DNA of 39,693 nucleotides from sequence record NC_047829.1; one strand, given 5' to 3'. A program made the translations under genes and the position numbers. Shown piece by piece: positions 17,429 to 25,644 of this stretch (position 1 is its first letter; every line of letters starts with the position of its first letter). Source of the stretch: Escherichia phage ST31. The notes under the pieces are model-generated. The model searched no databases and was not told the origin of the DNA. It saw nothing but the letters and a program-made list of their open reading frames with translations.

Positions 17429-18989
17429 ACGTGAAGGATTTGCTGCTGAAGGCGCGAAGGCAGTTTATGATAGACTGAAGAACGGTAGACAGCCATATGA
17501 GACACGCGCTCAGAACTGTGCTGCTGTCACTATCCCGTCACTGTTTCCTAAGGAGTCCGACAACTCGTCTACGGAATACGTGACGCCGTGGCAAGCTGTG
17601 GGTGCTCGCTGTTTGAACAACTTGGCTGCAAAGCTGATGTTGGCATTATTCCCTCAGTCACCGTGGATGCGACTGACAGTCTCAGAATATGAGGCCAAGA
17701 CCTTGAGTCAGGACTCAGAGGCTGCTGCTCGTGTTGACGAGGGGCTTGCTATGGTCGAGCGTGTGTTGATGGCCTACATGGAGACTAACAGTTTCCGTGT
17801 GCCATTGTTCGAAGCTCTGAAGCAGCTTATCGTCTCCGGTAACTGTCTGCTCTACATTCCAGAGCCTGAACAGGGAACCTACAGTCCTATGCGAATGTAC
17901 CGCTTAGTGTCCTACGTTGTTCAACGTGATGCTTTCGGTAACATCTTGCAGATTGTGACTCTCGACAAGGTAGCGTTTAGTGCTCTACCTGAAGACGTGA
18001 AGTCACAACTCAACGCAGACGACTATGAGCCTGACACCGAGCTGGAAGTGTATACGCACATTTACCGTCAGGACGACGAGTATCTGCGCTACGAGGAAGT
18101 GGAAGGCATTGAGGTGGCAGGGACCGAGGGTTCTTACCCACTGACTGCATGTCCGTACATCCCGGTACGAATGGTTCGACTGGACGGTGAAGACTATGGT
18201 CGTTCTTATTGCGAGGAGTATCTGGGAGACCTGAACTCGCTGGAGACGATTACAGAAGCTATCACCAAAATGGCTAAGGTAGCCTCCAAGGTGGTGGGCC
18301 TCGTCAACCCGAACGGTATCACGCAACCTCGTCGTCTGAATAAGGCGGCTACAGGTGAGTTCGTGGCTGGTCGCGTTGAGGACATCAACTTCCTGCAACT
18401 GACGAAAGGTCAGGACTTTACGATTGCCAAGTCGGTGGCTGACGCTATCGAGCAACGTTTAGGCTGGGCCTTCCTTCTTAATAGTGCTGTTCAGCGTAAT
18501 GCTGAGCGAGTGACTGCTGAAGAGATTCGTTATGTTGCTGGCGAACTGGAGGCGACCTTAGGTGGCGTGTACTCAGTACAATCACAAGAGCTTCAGTTAC
18601 CTATCGTCCGTGTGCTGATGAACCAGCTTCAGTCTGCTGGCATGATTCCTGACCTTCCGAAAGAAGCGGTAGAGCCTACTGTCTCCACTGGTCTGGAAGC
18701 TCTGGGACGTGGTCAGGACTTGGAGAAGCTAACTCAGGCAGTCAACATGATGACCGGGCTACAGCCTCTGCAACAGGACCCAGACATTAACTTGCCGACC
18801 CTGAAGCTGCGACTGCTGAATGCCTTAGGCATTGACACCGCTGGTCTGCTTCTGACTCAGGACGAGAAGATGCAACGTATTGCTGAACAATCCGCTCAAG
18901 GAGCTGTGGTCAACGGTGCGTCTGCTGCTGGTGCTAACATGGGTGCTGCTGTAGGTCAGGGAGCTGGTGAGGACATGGCTCAAGCCTAA
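17421..18989 (+). CDS. Portal (head-to-tail connector) protein (T7 gene 8 homologue)
   Basis: 522 aa; PYETRAQNCA, IPSLFPK, TPWQAVGAR, YRLVSYVVQRDAFGN, RMVRLDGEDYGRSY, ITQPRRL, ERVTAEEIRYVA, DPDINL. Confidence 0.97.
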   Translation: MAEREGFAAEGAKAVYDRLKNGRQPYETRAQNCAAVTIPSLFPKESDNSSTEYVTPWQAVGARCLNNLAAKLMLALFPQSPWMRLTVSEYEAKTLSQDSEAAARVDEGLAMVERVLMAYMETNSFRVPLFEALKQLIVSGNCLLYIPEPEQGTYSPMRMYRLVSYVVQRDAFGNILQIVTLDKVAFSALPEDVKSQLNADDYEPDTELEVYTHIYRQDDEYLRYEEVEGIEVAGTEGSYPLTACPYIPVRMVRLDGEDYGRSYCEEYLGDLNSLETITEAITKMAKVASKVVGLVNPNGITQPRRLNKAATGEFVAGRVEDINFLQLTKGQDFTIAKSVADAIEQRLGWAFLLNSAVQRNAERVTAEEIRYVAGELEATLGGVYSVQSQELQLPIVRVLMNQLQSAGMIPDLPKEAVEPTVSTGLEALGRGQDLEKLTQAVNMMTGLQPLQQDPDINLPTLKLRLLNALGIDTAGLLLTQDEKMQRIAEQSAQGAVVNGASAAGANMGAAVGQGAGEDMAQA

Positions 18990-19007
18990 ACTATCACTAT
19001 AGGAACA
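18985..19007 (+). promoter_or_regulatory. Phage RNA polymerase promoter
   Basis: AAACTATCACTATAGGAAC. Confidence 0.75.
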
Positions 19008-19104
19008 CCGAAAGTAAGAGCGACTAAGCCGACCATATGGTAGCCGTTAGTCCCACACTGCAAGTAGGTGTTTACCTATTAACGACTTAAAGGAGAATGA
19101 CTCA

Positions 19105-19989
19105 ATGTCTCAATCAGTTTATGCCGAGTTCGGCGTTAGCTCTAATGCAATCACTGGTTCCGTTGAGGACCTGAACGAACACCAGAAGTCTATGCTTGAA
19201 CAGGACGTAGCTGTTCGTGATGGCGATGACGCTATTACCTTCAAGCAACTGGAAGCCGAAAACGAAGAGGCGACCGAAGAAGACGAGAACGTCGAAGAGA
19301 CTGAAGGTGAAGAAGACCACGAGTCAGATGACGAAGAGTCTGAGACCGATGGTGAGCAGCCTGAGTTCATCGAACTGGGCGATGCACCGAAAGAGCTGAC
19401 TGAAAGTGTCACCGCTCTGGATGAAAACGAAGCTGCATTCGACGACATGGTGTCTTCTGCTGTAGAAGCTGGCAAGGTCACTGCTGATGAAATTACCGCT
19501 ATCAAGGCTGAATACGCCAAGGACGGTAAGCTGTCTGACGCATCCTACGCTAAGTTGCAGGAAGCAGGTTACACCAAGCGTTTCGTAGATTCGTTTGTTC
19601 GTGGTCAGGAAGCTCTGGCTGAACAGTATGCTGCTGGTGTGGTTCGCTACGCTGGTGGTGCTGAACAGTTTAATCGCATCCTGTCACACCTTGAGTCCAA
19701 CGACCCGTCAACTCGTGAGGCACTGGAAGCTGCTATCGTTCGTAAGGACATTGCTACTACCAAAGCTCTGCTGAATCTGGCTGGAAAGACTCTGGGTAAA
19801 GCTGTGGGTGTTAAACCTCAGCGTACCATCACAGCTCAGGCTAAACCTGTGGTCGCACCTAAGGCTCCTCAGACCGAAGCATTCAGCTCCAAGGCTGACA
19901 TGATTAAGGCTATGAGTGACCCGCGATACCTGCGTGACGCTAAGTACACGATGGAAGTTCGCTCTAAGGTAGCTGCCTCCAGCCTGTAG
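19105..19989 (+). CDS. Capsid assembly (scaffolding) protein (T7 gene 9 homologue)
   Basis: 294 aa, strongly acidic; VRDGDDAI, SYAKL.E.GYTK.F.DS..RGQEAL.EQY, KAMSDPRY match T7 gp9 as recalled. Confidence 0.93.
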   Translation: MSQSVYAEFGVSSNAITGSVEDLNEHQKSMLEQDVAVRDGDDAITFKQLEAENEEATEEDENVEETEGEEDHESDDEESETDGEQPEFIELGDAPKELTESVTALDENEAAFDDMVSSAVEAGKVTADEITAIKAEYAKDGKLSDASYAKLQEAGYTKRFVDSFVRGQEALAEQYAAGVVRYAGGAEQFNRILSHLESNDPSTREALEAAIVRKDIATTKALLNLAGKTLGKAVGVKPQRTITAQAKPVVAPKAPQTEAFSSKADMIKAMSDPRYLRDAKYTMEVRSKVAASSL

Positions 19990-19990
19990 G

Positions 19991-20013
19991 ACTAAACTAT
20001 CACTATAGGGAGA
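19991..20013 (+). promoter_or_regulatory. Phage RNA polymerase promoter upstream of capsid gene (phi10-like)
   Basis: AAACTATCACTATAGGGAGACC, closest to full T7 consensus; strong RBS AATAGGAGA before ATG 20116. Confidence 0.8.
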
Positions 20014-20115
20014 CCAAGAGAAAGACTCAAGGTTTCCCTATTACTTCAGTCCATACGGATTGGGCATACAGTAAGTAATAAACTTTATCTTTCAATTGAA
20101 TAGGAGAATTATCAT

Positions 20116-21159
20116 ATGGCAAACGTTCCGGGTCAGAAAATTGGTACAGACCAAGGTAAAGGCAAATCTGGTTCCGACGCTCTGGCGTTGTTCCTGAAGG
20201 TATTTGCTGGTGAAGTCCTGACCGCATTCACTCGCCGCTCTGTAACTGCTGACAAGCATATTGTCCGTACCATTCAGAACGGTAAGTCTGCTCAGTTCCC
20301 GGTCATGGGTCGCACATCTGGTGTGTATCTGGCTCCGGGTGAGCGACTGTCCGATAAGCGTAAAGGTATCAAACATACCGAGAAAGTGATTACCATTGAT
20401 GGTCTGCTGACTGCCGATGTGATGATTTTCGACATTGAAGACGCGATGAACCACTATGACGTGGCTGGCGAGTACTCCAACCAGTTGGGTGAAGCTCTGG
20501 CTATCGCTGCTGATGGCGCGGTTCTGGCTGAAATGGCTATCCTGTGTAACCTCCCAGCTGCATCCAACGAGAACATCGCTGGTCTGGGTACTGCGTCAGT
20601 ACTGGAAGTTGGTAAGAAAGCTGACCTCGACACCCCGGCTAAACTGGGCGAAGCAATCATCGGTCAACTGACCATTGCTCGTGCGAAGCTGACCTCCAAC
20701 TACGTTCCTGCTGGCGACCGTTACTTCTACACCACGCCTGACAACTACTCTGCAATCCTCGCTGCTCTGATGCCGAACGCTGCTAACTATGCTGCGCTGA
20801 TTGACCCAGAGACTGGTAACATCCGTAACGTGATGGGCTTCGTTGTTGTTGAAGTTCCGCATCTGGTACAGGGTGGTGCTGGTGAGACCCGTGGTGCTGA
20901 TGGTATCTCTATCGCTTCCGGTCAGAAACACGCATTCCCGGCAACTGCTACTGGCGACGTTAAAGTTGCTATGGATAACGTTGTGGGCCTGTTCTCTCAC
21001 CGTTCTGCTGTGGGTACTGTGAAGCTGCGTGACTTGGCGCTGGAACGTGACCGTGACGTCGATGCTCAGGGTGACCTTATTGTTGGTAAGTACGCTATGG
21101 GTCACGGTGGTCTGCGTCCTGAAGCGGCTGGCGCACTGGTTTTCAGCCCAGCGGCGTAA
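20116..21159 (+). CDS. Major capsid protein (T7 gene 10A homologue)
   Basis: 347 aa; LALFLKVF.GEVLTAF, GKSAQFPV, KHTEKVITIDGLLTADV, DIEDAMNHYDV, AILAALMPNAANYAALIDPE, HRSAVGTVKLRDLALER, KYAMGHGGLRPEAAG. Confidence 0.98.
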   Translation: MANVPGQKIGTDQGKGKSGSDALALFLKVFAGEVLTAFTRRSVTADKHIVRTIQNGKSAQFPVMGRTSGVYLAPGERLSDKRKGIKHTEKVITIDGLLTADVMIFDIEDAMNHYDVAGEYSNQLGEALAIAADGAVLAEMAILCNLPAASNENIAGLGTASVLEVGKKADLDTPAKLGEAIIGQLTIARAKLTSNYVPAGDRYFYTTPDNYSAILAALMPNAANYAALIDPETGNIRNVMGFVVVEVPHLVQGGAGETRGADGISIASGQKHAFPATATGDVKVAMDNVVGLFSHRSAVGTVKLRDLALERDRDVDAQGDLIVGKYAMGHGGLRPEAAGALVFSPAA

Positions 21160-21290
21160 GCACCTTTAGCCAACCTAACGTCGCTACAGTAGCGGCTGCA
21201 CCTGAAGAGGAGACTCTAACTCCCCAACAGAAAGCTGCGCGTACTCGTGCTGCGAACAGGGCCGCTAAACTGGCTGAGTCCAACAACTAA
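21138..21290 (+). other. Putative -1 programmed frameshift extension of capsid protein (10B-like minor capsid C-terminus)
   Basis: G-GTT-TTC at 21138-21144 near the 10A stop; the -1 frame is open for 50 codons to TAA 21288-21290, then the terminator; mirrors T7 10A/10B. Confidence 0.6.
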
Positions 21291-21294
21291 TTGA

Positions 21295-21336
21295 AACCCC
21301 TTGGGTGCCTTCGGGTGCTTGAGGGGTTTTTTGCTT
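21295..21336 (+). terminator. Late transcription terminator (T7 Tphi-like)
   Basis: AACCCCTTGGGTGCCTTCGGGTGCTTGAGGGGTTTTTTG: G-U-rich stem, TTCG loop, T6 tract; matches T7 Tphi as recalled. Confidence 0.85.
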
Positions 21337-21353
21337 AAAGTGAGAGGAGACTT

Positions 21354-21920
21354 ATGGCTCAATACATTCCACTGAATGCTAACGATGACTTAGACGCCAT
21401 CAACGATATGTTAGCTGCTATCGGTGAACCAGCAGTCCTACAGCTTGACGAGGGGAACGCTGACGTCTCGAACGCTCAACGTATCCTGCATCGTGTCAAT
21501 CGTCAGGTCCAAGCTAAAGGCTGGAACTTTAACATCAACGAAGCTGCTGTCCTGACACCTGATGTCCAAGACAATAGGATTCGATTCTTGCCGTCATACC
21601 TTCGTGTAATGACCGCTGGGGCCACCAGCTACTACAGCAACATGGGTGGATACCTGTACGACCTGTCCACTCAGTCAACCACTTTCACCGACCCTATCAC
21701 GGTAGAGCTTGTGGAGATGAAGCCATTCTCCGAGATGCCTGTGGTCTTCAGGGACTACATCGTCACTAAAGCTAGCCGTGAGTTCAACGCTAAGTTCTTC
21801 GGTAGCCCAGAGTCAGAGCTATACCTTCGTGAGCAGGAAGCAGAACTCTATCAGCAGGTTATGGAGTACGAGATGGACACTGGTCGCTACAACATGATGT
21901 CTGACATCGGGAGGGACTAA
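21354..21920 (+). CDS. Tail tubular protein A (T7 gene 11 homologue)
   Basis: 188 aa; ILASIGEP, ILHRVNRQVQAKGWNFNI, VTKASREFNAKFFGSPE, MEYEMD..YNM. Confidence 0.95.
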   Translation: MAQYIPLNANDDLDAINDMLAAIGEPAVLQLDEGNADVSNAQRILHRVNRQVQAKGWNFNINEAAVLTPDVQDNRIRFLPSYLRVMTAGATSYYSNMGGYLYDLSTQSTTFTDPITVELVEMKPFSEMPVVFRDYIVTKASREFNAKFFGSPESELYLREQEAELYQQVMEYEMDTGRYNMMSDIGRD

Positions 21921-22147
21921 TGGCTAGTCACAACCTGAAGATTCACCGCCAGCACTTTGGTCCGGTACAGCTAGGTCTAAAGACAGCAGAGCTTAGACTT
22001 AACGACCGGGACTTTAAGGTTGGCGACTGGCTTATCCTGAATGAGTGGGACAACGGGTATACTGGACAACAGGTAGCACGTAAGGTTGTCCACATTGCTG
22101 ACGTTGGCGACATCGCCGAGGGATACGTCCTAATGAGTATGATTTAA
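21920..22147 (+). CDS. Small DUF3850 / ASCH (PUA-like) domain-like protein inserted between tail genes
   Basis: 75 aa; H.LKI...F..V..G.KT.E.R.NDRDF.VGD.L.L.EW pattern as I recall for DUF3850; start ATG overlaps gene 11 stop; no T7 counterpart. Confidence 0.55.
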   Translation: MASHNLKIHRQHFGPVQLGLKTAELRLNDRDFKVGDWLILNEWDNGYTGQQVARKVVHIADVGDIAEGYVLMSMI

Positions 22148-22156
22148 GGAGGGCAC

Positions 22157-24514
22157 ATGCCGCTTATCACACAAAGCATAAAAAATCTTAAAGGTGGCAT
22201 TAGCCAGCAGCCTGATATACTGAGGTTCTCAGACCAAGGCGAGGCACAGGTTAACTGCTGGTCATCCGAGAGTGATGGCCTCCAGAAGCGCCCACCTACA
22301 GTCTTCAAGCGACGTCTTAACATCGACGTTGGGAGCAACCCTAAGTTCCACCTGATTAACCGTGATGAGCAGGAGCAGTATTACATCGTGTTCAACGGGT
22401 CCAACATTCAGGTAGTTGACTTGATCGGTAATCAGTACTCAGTTTCCGGTGAGGTAGACTACGTTAAGTCCTCCAACCCACGAGATGACATCCGTGTCGT
22501 TACCGTGGCAGACTATACGTTCGTCGTTAACCGTAAGGTTGTCGTCAAAGGTGGAAGCGAGAAGTCACACTCTGGTTATAACCGAAAAGCACGAGCTTTA
22601 ATTAACCTGCGTGGTGGACAGTATGGTCGAACCCTTAAGGTGGGAATCAACGGTGGCGTTAAGGTCTCGCATAAGCTACCAGCAGGTAATGATGCCGAGA
22701 ATGACCCACCTAAGGTGGACGCTCAGGCCATTGGTGCAGCTCTGAGAGACCTTCTTGTTCAGGCCTATCCTGACTTCACGTTCGACCTTGGGTCTGGATT
22801 CCTGCTAATCACAGCTCCTTCAGGGACCGATATTAACTCAGTGGAGACGGAGGATGGCTACGCTAACCAGCTAATAAGCCCAGTCCTAGACACTGTGCAG
22901 ACGATCTCTAAACTACCTCTTGCCGCTCCTAATGGGTATATCATTAAGATTCAAGGTGAGACAAACAGTAGCGCCGATGAATATTACGTGATGTATGACT
23001 CCAACACTAAGACGTGGAAGGAGACAGTGGAGCCGGGAGTTGTTACTGGGTTCGATGTCACCACAATGCCACATGCTCTGGTCAGACAGTCTGATGGCTC
23101 CTTTGAGTTCAAGACTCTGGATTGGTCCAAGCGTGGTGCTGGTAACGATGACACAAACCCTATGCCTAGCTTCGTGGATGCTGCGATTAATGATGTGTTC
23201 TTCTACAGGAACAGACTTGGGTTCTTGTCGGGTGAGAACGTAATCATGAGCCGTTCAGCCAGCTACTTTGCGTTCTTCCCTAAGAGTGTGGCGACACTGG
23301 GCGATGATGACCCTATTGATGTAGCTGTAAGTCACCCTCGAATCTCAATCCTTAAGTATGCCGTTCCGTTTAGCGAGCAGCTACTACTTTGGTCGGATGA
23401 GGTTCAGTTCGTGATGACAAGCTCTGGGGTACTTACCGCTAAGTCTATCCAGCTTGATGTAGGCTCAGAGTTTGCCCTAGGTGACAATGCCAGACCGTTC
23501 GCTGTAGGACGCTCAGTCTTCTTCTCAGCGCCTCGTGGGTCATTCACCAGCATTAAGCGATACTTCGCTGTAGCAGATGTGTCTGACGTGAAGGATGCCG
23601 ATGATACCACTGGCCACGTACTGTCCTACATCCCTAACGGGGTGTTTGATATTCAAGGTACAGGGACTGAGAACTACATCTGCGTCAACTCTACAGGTGC
23701 ATACAACCGTATCTACATCTACAAGTTCTTGTTTAAGGACGGCGTACAGCTTCAAGCCTCTTGGTCGCACTGGGAGTTCCCTAAAGCTGATAAGATTCTG
23801 GCGTCTTCGTCGATTGGCTCTACCATGTTCATTGTTCGTCAGCACCAAGGAGGCGTGGACCTTGAGCACCTTAAGTTCATCAAGGAGGCAACTGACTTTC
23901 CATTAGAGCCGTATAGGCTCCACGTTGACTCCAAGGTGTCTATGATAATACCAATTGGCTCATACAACGCTGACACCTATAAGACTACGGTTGACATTGG
24001 TTCTGCTTATGGTGGAAACGCTCCGTCTCCCGGTCGGTACTATCTTATTGACAGTAAGGGTGCTTACGTGGACCTTGGTGAATTGACCGAAATCTCAACC
24101 GTGGCTATACTCAATGGAGATTGGTCAGGACGTACAGTGTTCATCGGACGGTCTTATCTGATGTCCTACAAGTTCTCACGGTTCCTGATTAAGATTGAAG
24201 ACGAGAGTGGCACTCAGTCTGAAGACACTGGTCGTCTACAGCTTCGTCGGGCTTGGGTCAACTACAAGGACACTGGCGCTCTTAGACTCATTGTCAGAAA
24301 CGGTGAGCGGGAGTTCGTGAACACCTTTAATGGGTACACCATTGGTCAGCAAACCATCGGGACTACCAACAGTGGGGATGGTCAGTATCGCTTCGCTATG
24401 AATGGTAACGCATTAACCACGAGTCTAACCTTAGAGTCAGATTATCCTACCCCAGTGTCCATCGTTGGCTGTGGCTGGGAGGCGTCATACGCTAAGAAAG
24501 CTCGTTCCGTCTAA
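22157..24514 (+). CDS. Tail tubular protein B (T7 gene 12 homologue)
   Basis: 785 aa; SIKNLKGGISQQPDILR, RMVTVADYTF.VNR, FFYRNRLGFLSGENV, DDDPIDVAVS, ILKYAVPFSE, GRLQLRRAWVNY. Confidence 0.97.
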   Translation: MPLITQSIKNLKGGISQQPDILRFSDQGEAQVNCWSSESDGLQKRPPTVFKRRLNIDVGSNPKFHLINRDEQEQYYIVFNGSNIQVVDLIGNQYSVSGEVDYVKSSNPRDDIRVVTVADYTFVVNRKVVVKGGSEKSHSGYNRKARALINLRGGQYGRTLKVGINGGVKVSHKLPAGNDAENDPPKVDAQAIGAALRDLLVQAYPDFTFDLGSGFLLITAPSGTDINSVETEDGYANQLISPVLDTVQTISKLPLAAPNGYIIKIQGETNSSADEYYVMYDSNTKTWKETVEPGVVTGFDVTTMPHALVRQSDGSFEFKTLDWSKRGAGNDDTNPMPSFVDAAINDVFFYRNRLGFLSGENVIMSRSASYFAFFPKSVATLGDDDPIDVAVSHPRISILKYAVPFSEQLLLWSDEVQFVMTSSGVLTAKSIQLDVGSEFALGDNARPFAVGRSVFFSAPRGSFTSIKRYFAVADVSDVKDADDTTGHVLSYIPNGVFDIQGTGTENYICVNSTGAYNRIYIYKFLFKDGVQLQASWSHWEFPKADKILASSSIGSTMFIVRQHQGGVDLEHLKFIKEATDFPLEPYRLHVDSKVSMIIPIGSYNADTYKTTVDIGSAYGGNAPSPGRYYLIDSKGAYVDLGELTEISTVAILNGDWSGRTVFIGRSYLMSYKFSRFLIKIEDESGTQSEDTGRLQLRRAWVNYKDTGALRLIVRNGEREFVNTFNGYTIGQQTIGTTNSGDGQYRFAMNGNALTTSLTLESDYPTPVSIVGCGWEASYAKKARSV

Positions 24515-24538
24515 CTTATTGAAGGGCCTATAGATTTA

Positions 24539-24561
24539 CCTTAACTATCACTATAGGGACT
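24539..24561 (+). promoter_or_regulatory. Phage RNA polymerase promoter (phi13-like), embedded in an inverted repeat
   Basis: TTAACTATCACTATAGGGAC; flanked by GGGCCTATAG (24524-24533) and its reverse complement CTATAGGCCC (24560-24569). Confidence 0.75.
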
Positions 24562-24590
24562 ATAGGCCCTTAAAGTTATAAGGAGACTTT

Positions 24591-25079
24591 ATGTATATTC
24601 GCAAGGCTACGGAACCAGATGTCCACTACTTTCTGTGGCATCTTTCAGCAGATGATGTTAATGAATGCAAAGCAAACTACGGGTCAACCGTGGGTCTCTC
24701 TGAAAGACTGCTTAAGCACCTATCTCCGTCATCTGTGGTTTTAACGAACGGTGTAGGCGAAGTGTTTGCCTATGGTGGAAACCAAGGGGATAACGTATGG
24801 TTCTTGACTTCAGGTCTTGTCTATAAGCTGAGACCTAAAGAGAAGCGAGAGTTCATAAAGCGTATCTCTGAGTACAGGGACTTAATGTTAGACCAATACG
24901 GGACCATCTGGAACTACGTGTGGTCAGGCAATAAGTCTCACATTAAATTCTTGAAGTTGCTTGGGGCTAAGTTCCATGATGATTGGACTATCAGCCCGGT
25001 AACTGGTGAGCGTTTTCAATTATTCACTATCTCTAAGGAGGACGTATGTGTGAACCAATTTCAATCGGCATGGGCGTAA
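24591..25079 (+). CDS. Internal virion protein, gene 13 position
   Basis: 162 aa; AAGGAGA RBS; assigned by synteny; 3' end overlaps gene 14 start by 34 nt. Confidence 0.6.
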   Translation: MYIRKATEPDVHYFLWHLSADDVNECKANYGSTVGLSERLLKHLSPSSVVLTNGVGEVFAYGGNQGDNVWFLTSGLVYKLRPKEKREFIKRISEYRDLMLDQYGTIWNYVWSGNKSHIKFLKLLGAKFHDDWTISPVTGERFQLFTISKEDVCVNQFQSAWA

Positions 25080-25633
25080 TGTCTGTAGCCGGGGCCACTA
25101 TGTCCGCATCACAACAGGCTAAGGCTGAAGGCGCTGCTATTGATGCTCAGAACCGACAGGCTCAGGAGATGATTAAGCAGATGAACTACTCAGATGCAAA
25201 CCTGAAGATGCAGGAGCGAGACCTGAAGGAGCAGCAGATGGCTGAATTGACAGAGACCACTCTAAACGGTATCCGCAATCAGGGTATGGTCCGGGCTGCG
25301 GTGGCTGAGTCAGGTCTGGAAGGTAACTCTATGGACAGGATTGAACGTCAGGTCGAAGGAGATACAATCAAGGAGCGAGCAGGGATTACCGAAAGTTACA
25401 ACCGCGACTATGCGGCTATCTTCGGGAACCGTATCGCCAACATTGAGAACACAAAGTCTGCTATCCGTGGTCAGGGTAAAATTATCAAGACCAGCCCACT
25501 GGCTCATGCACTTAATGTTGCTACCGCAGGGATGCAAGGTTACGCCGCTGGTAAGTCAATGTCTGGGACTTCAGGCTCTGGTGGTGCTGCACCAATTAGT
25601 GCTGCTAAAGGCACACCGACAGGTCATAGATAA
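25046..25633 (+). CDS. Internal virion protein A (T7 gene 14 homologue)
   Basis: 195 aa; AAGGAGG RBS; GNSMDRIER, YNRDY.AIF, APISAAKGT.TG match T7 gp14 as recalled. Confidence 0.9.
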   Translation: MCEPISIGMGVMSVAGATMSASQQAKAEGAAIDAQNRQAQEMIKQMNYSDANLKMQERDLKEQQMAELTETTLNGIRNQGMVRAAVAESGLEGNSMDRIERQVEGDTIKERAGITESYNRDYAAIFGNRIANIENTKSAIRGQGKIIKTSPLAHALNVATAGMQGYAAGKSMSGTSGSGGAAPISAAKGTPTGHR

Positions 25634-25644
25634 GAGGAGGACTA

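Noticed and set aside
19119-19520. Minus-strand Ser-rich ORF (133 aa)
   Set aside because: Antisense of the acidic (GAA/GAC-rich) scaffold gene, which reads as serine-rich on the complement; low complexity, no expression signals.
20596-21105. Minus-strand ORF (169 aa) inside the capsid gene
   Set aside because: Antisense to the best-supported gene in the window; no promoter on that strand.
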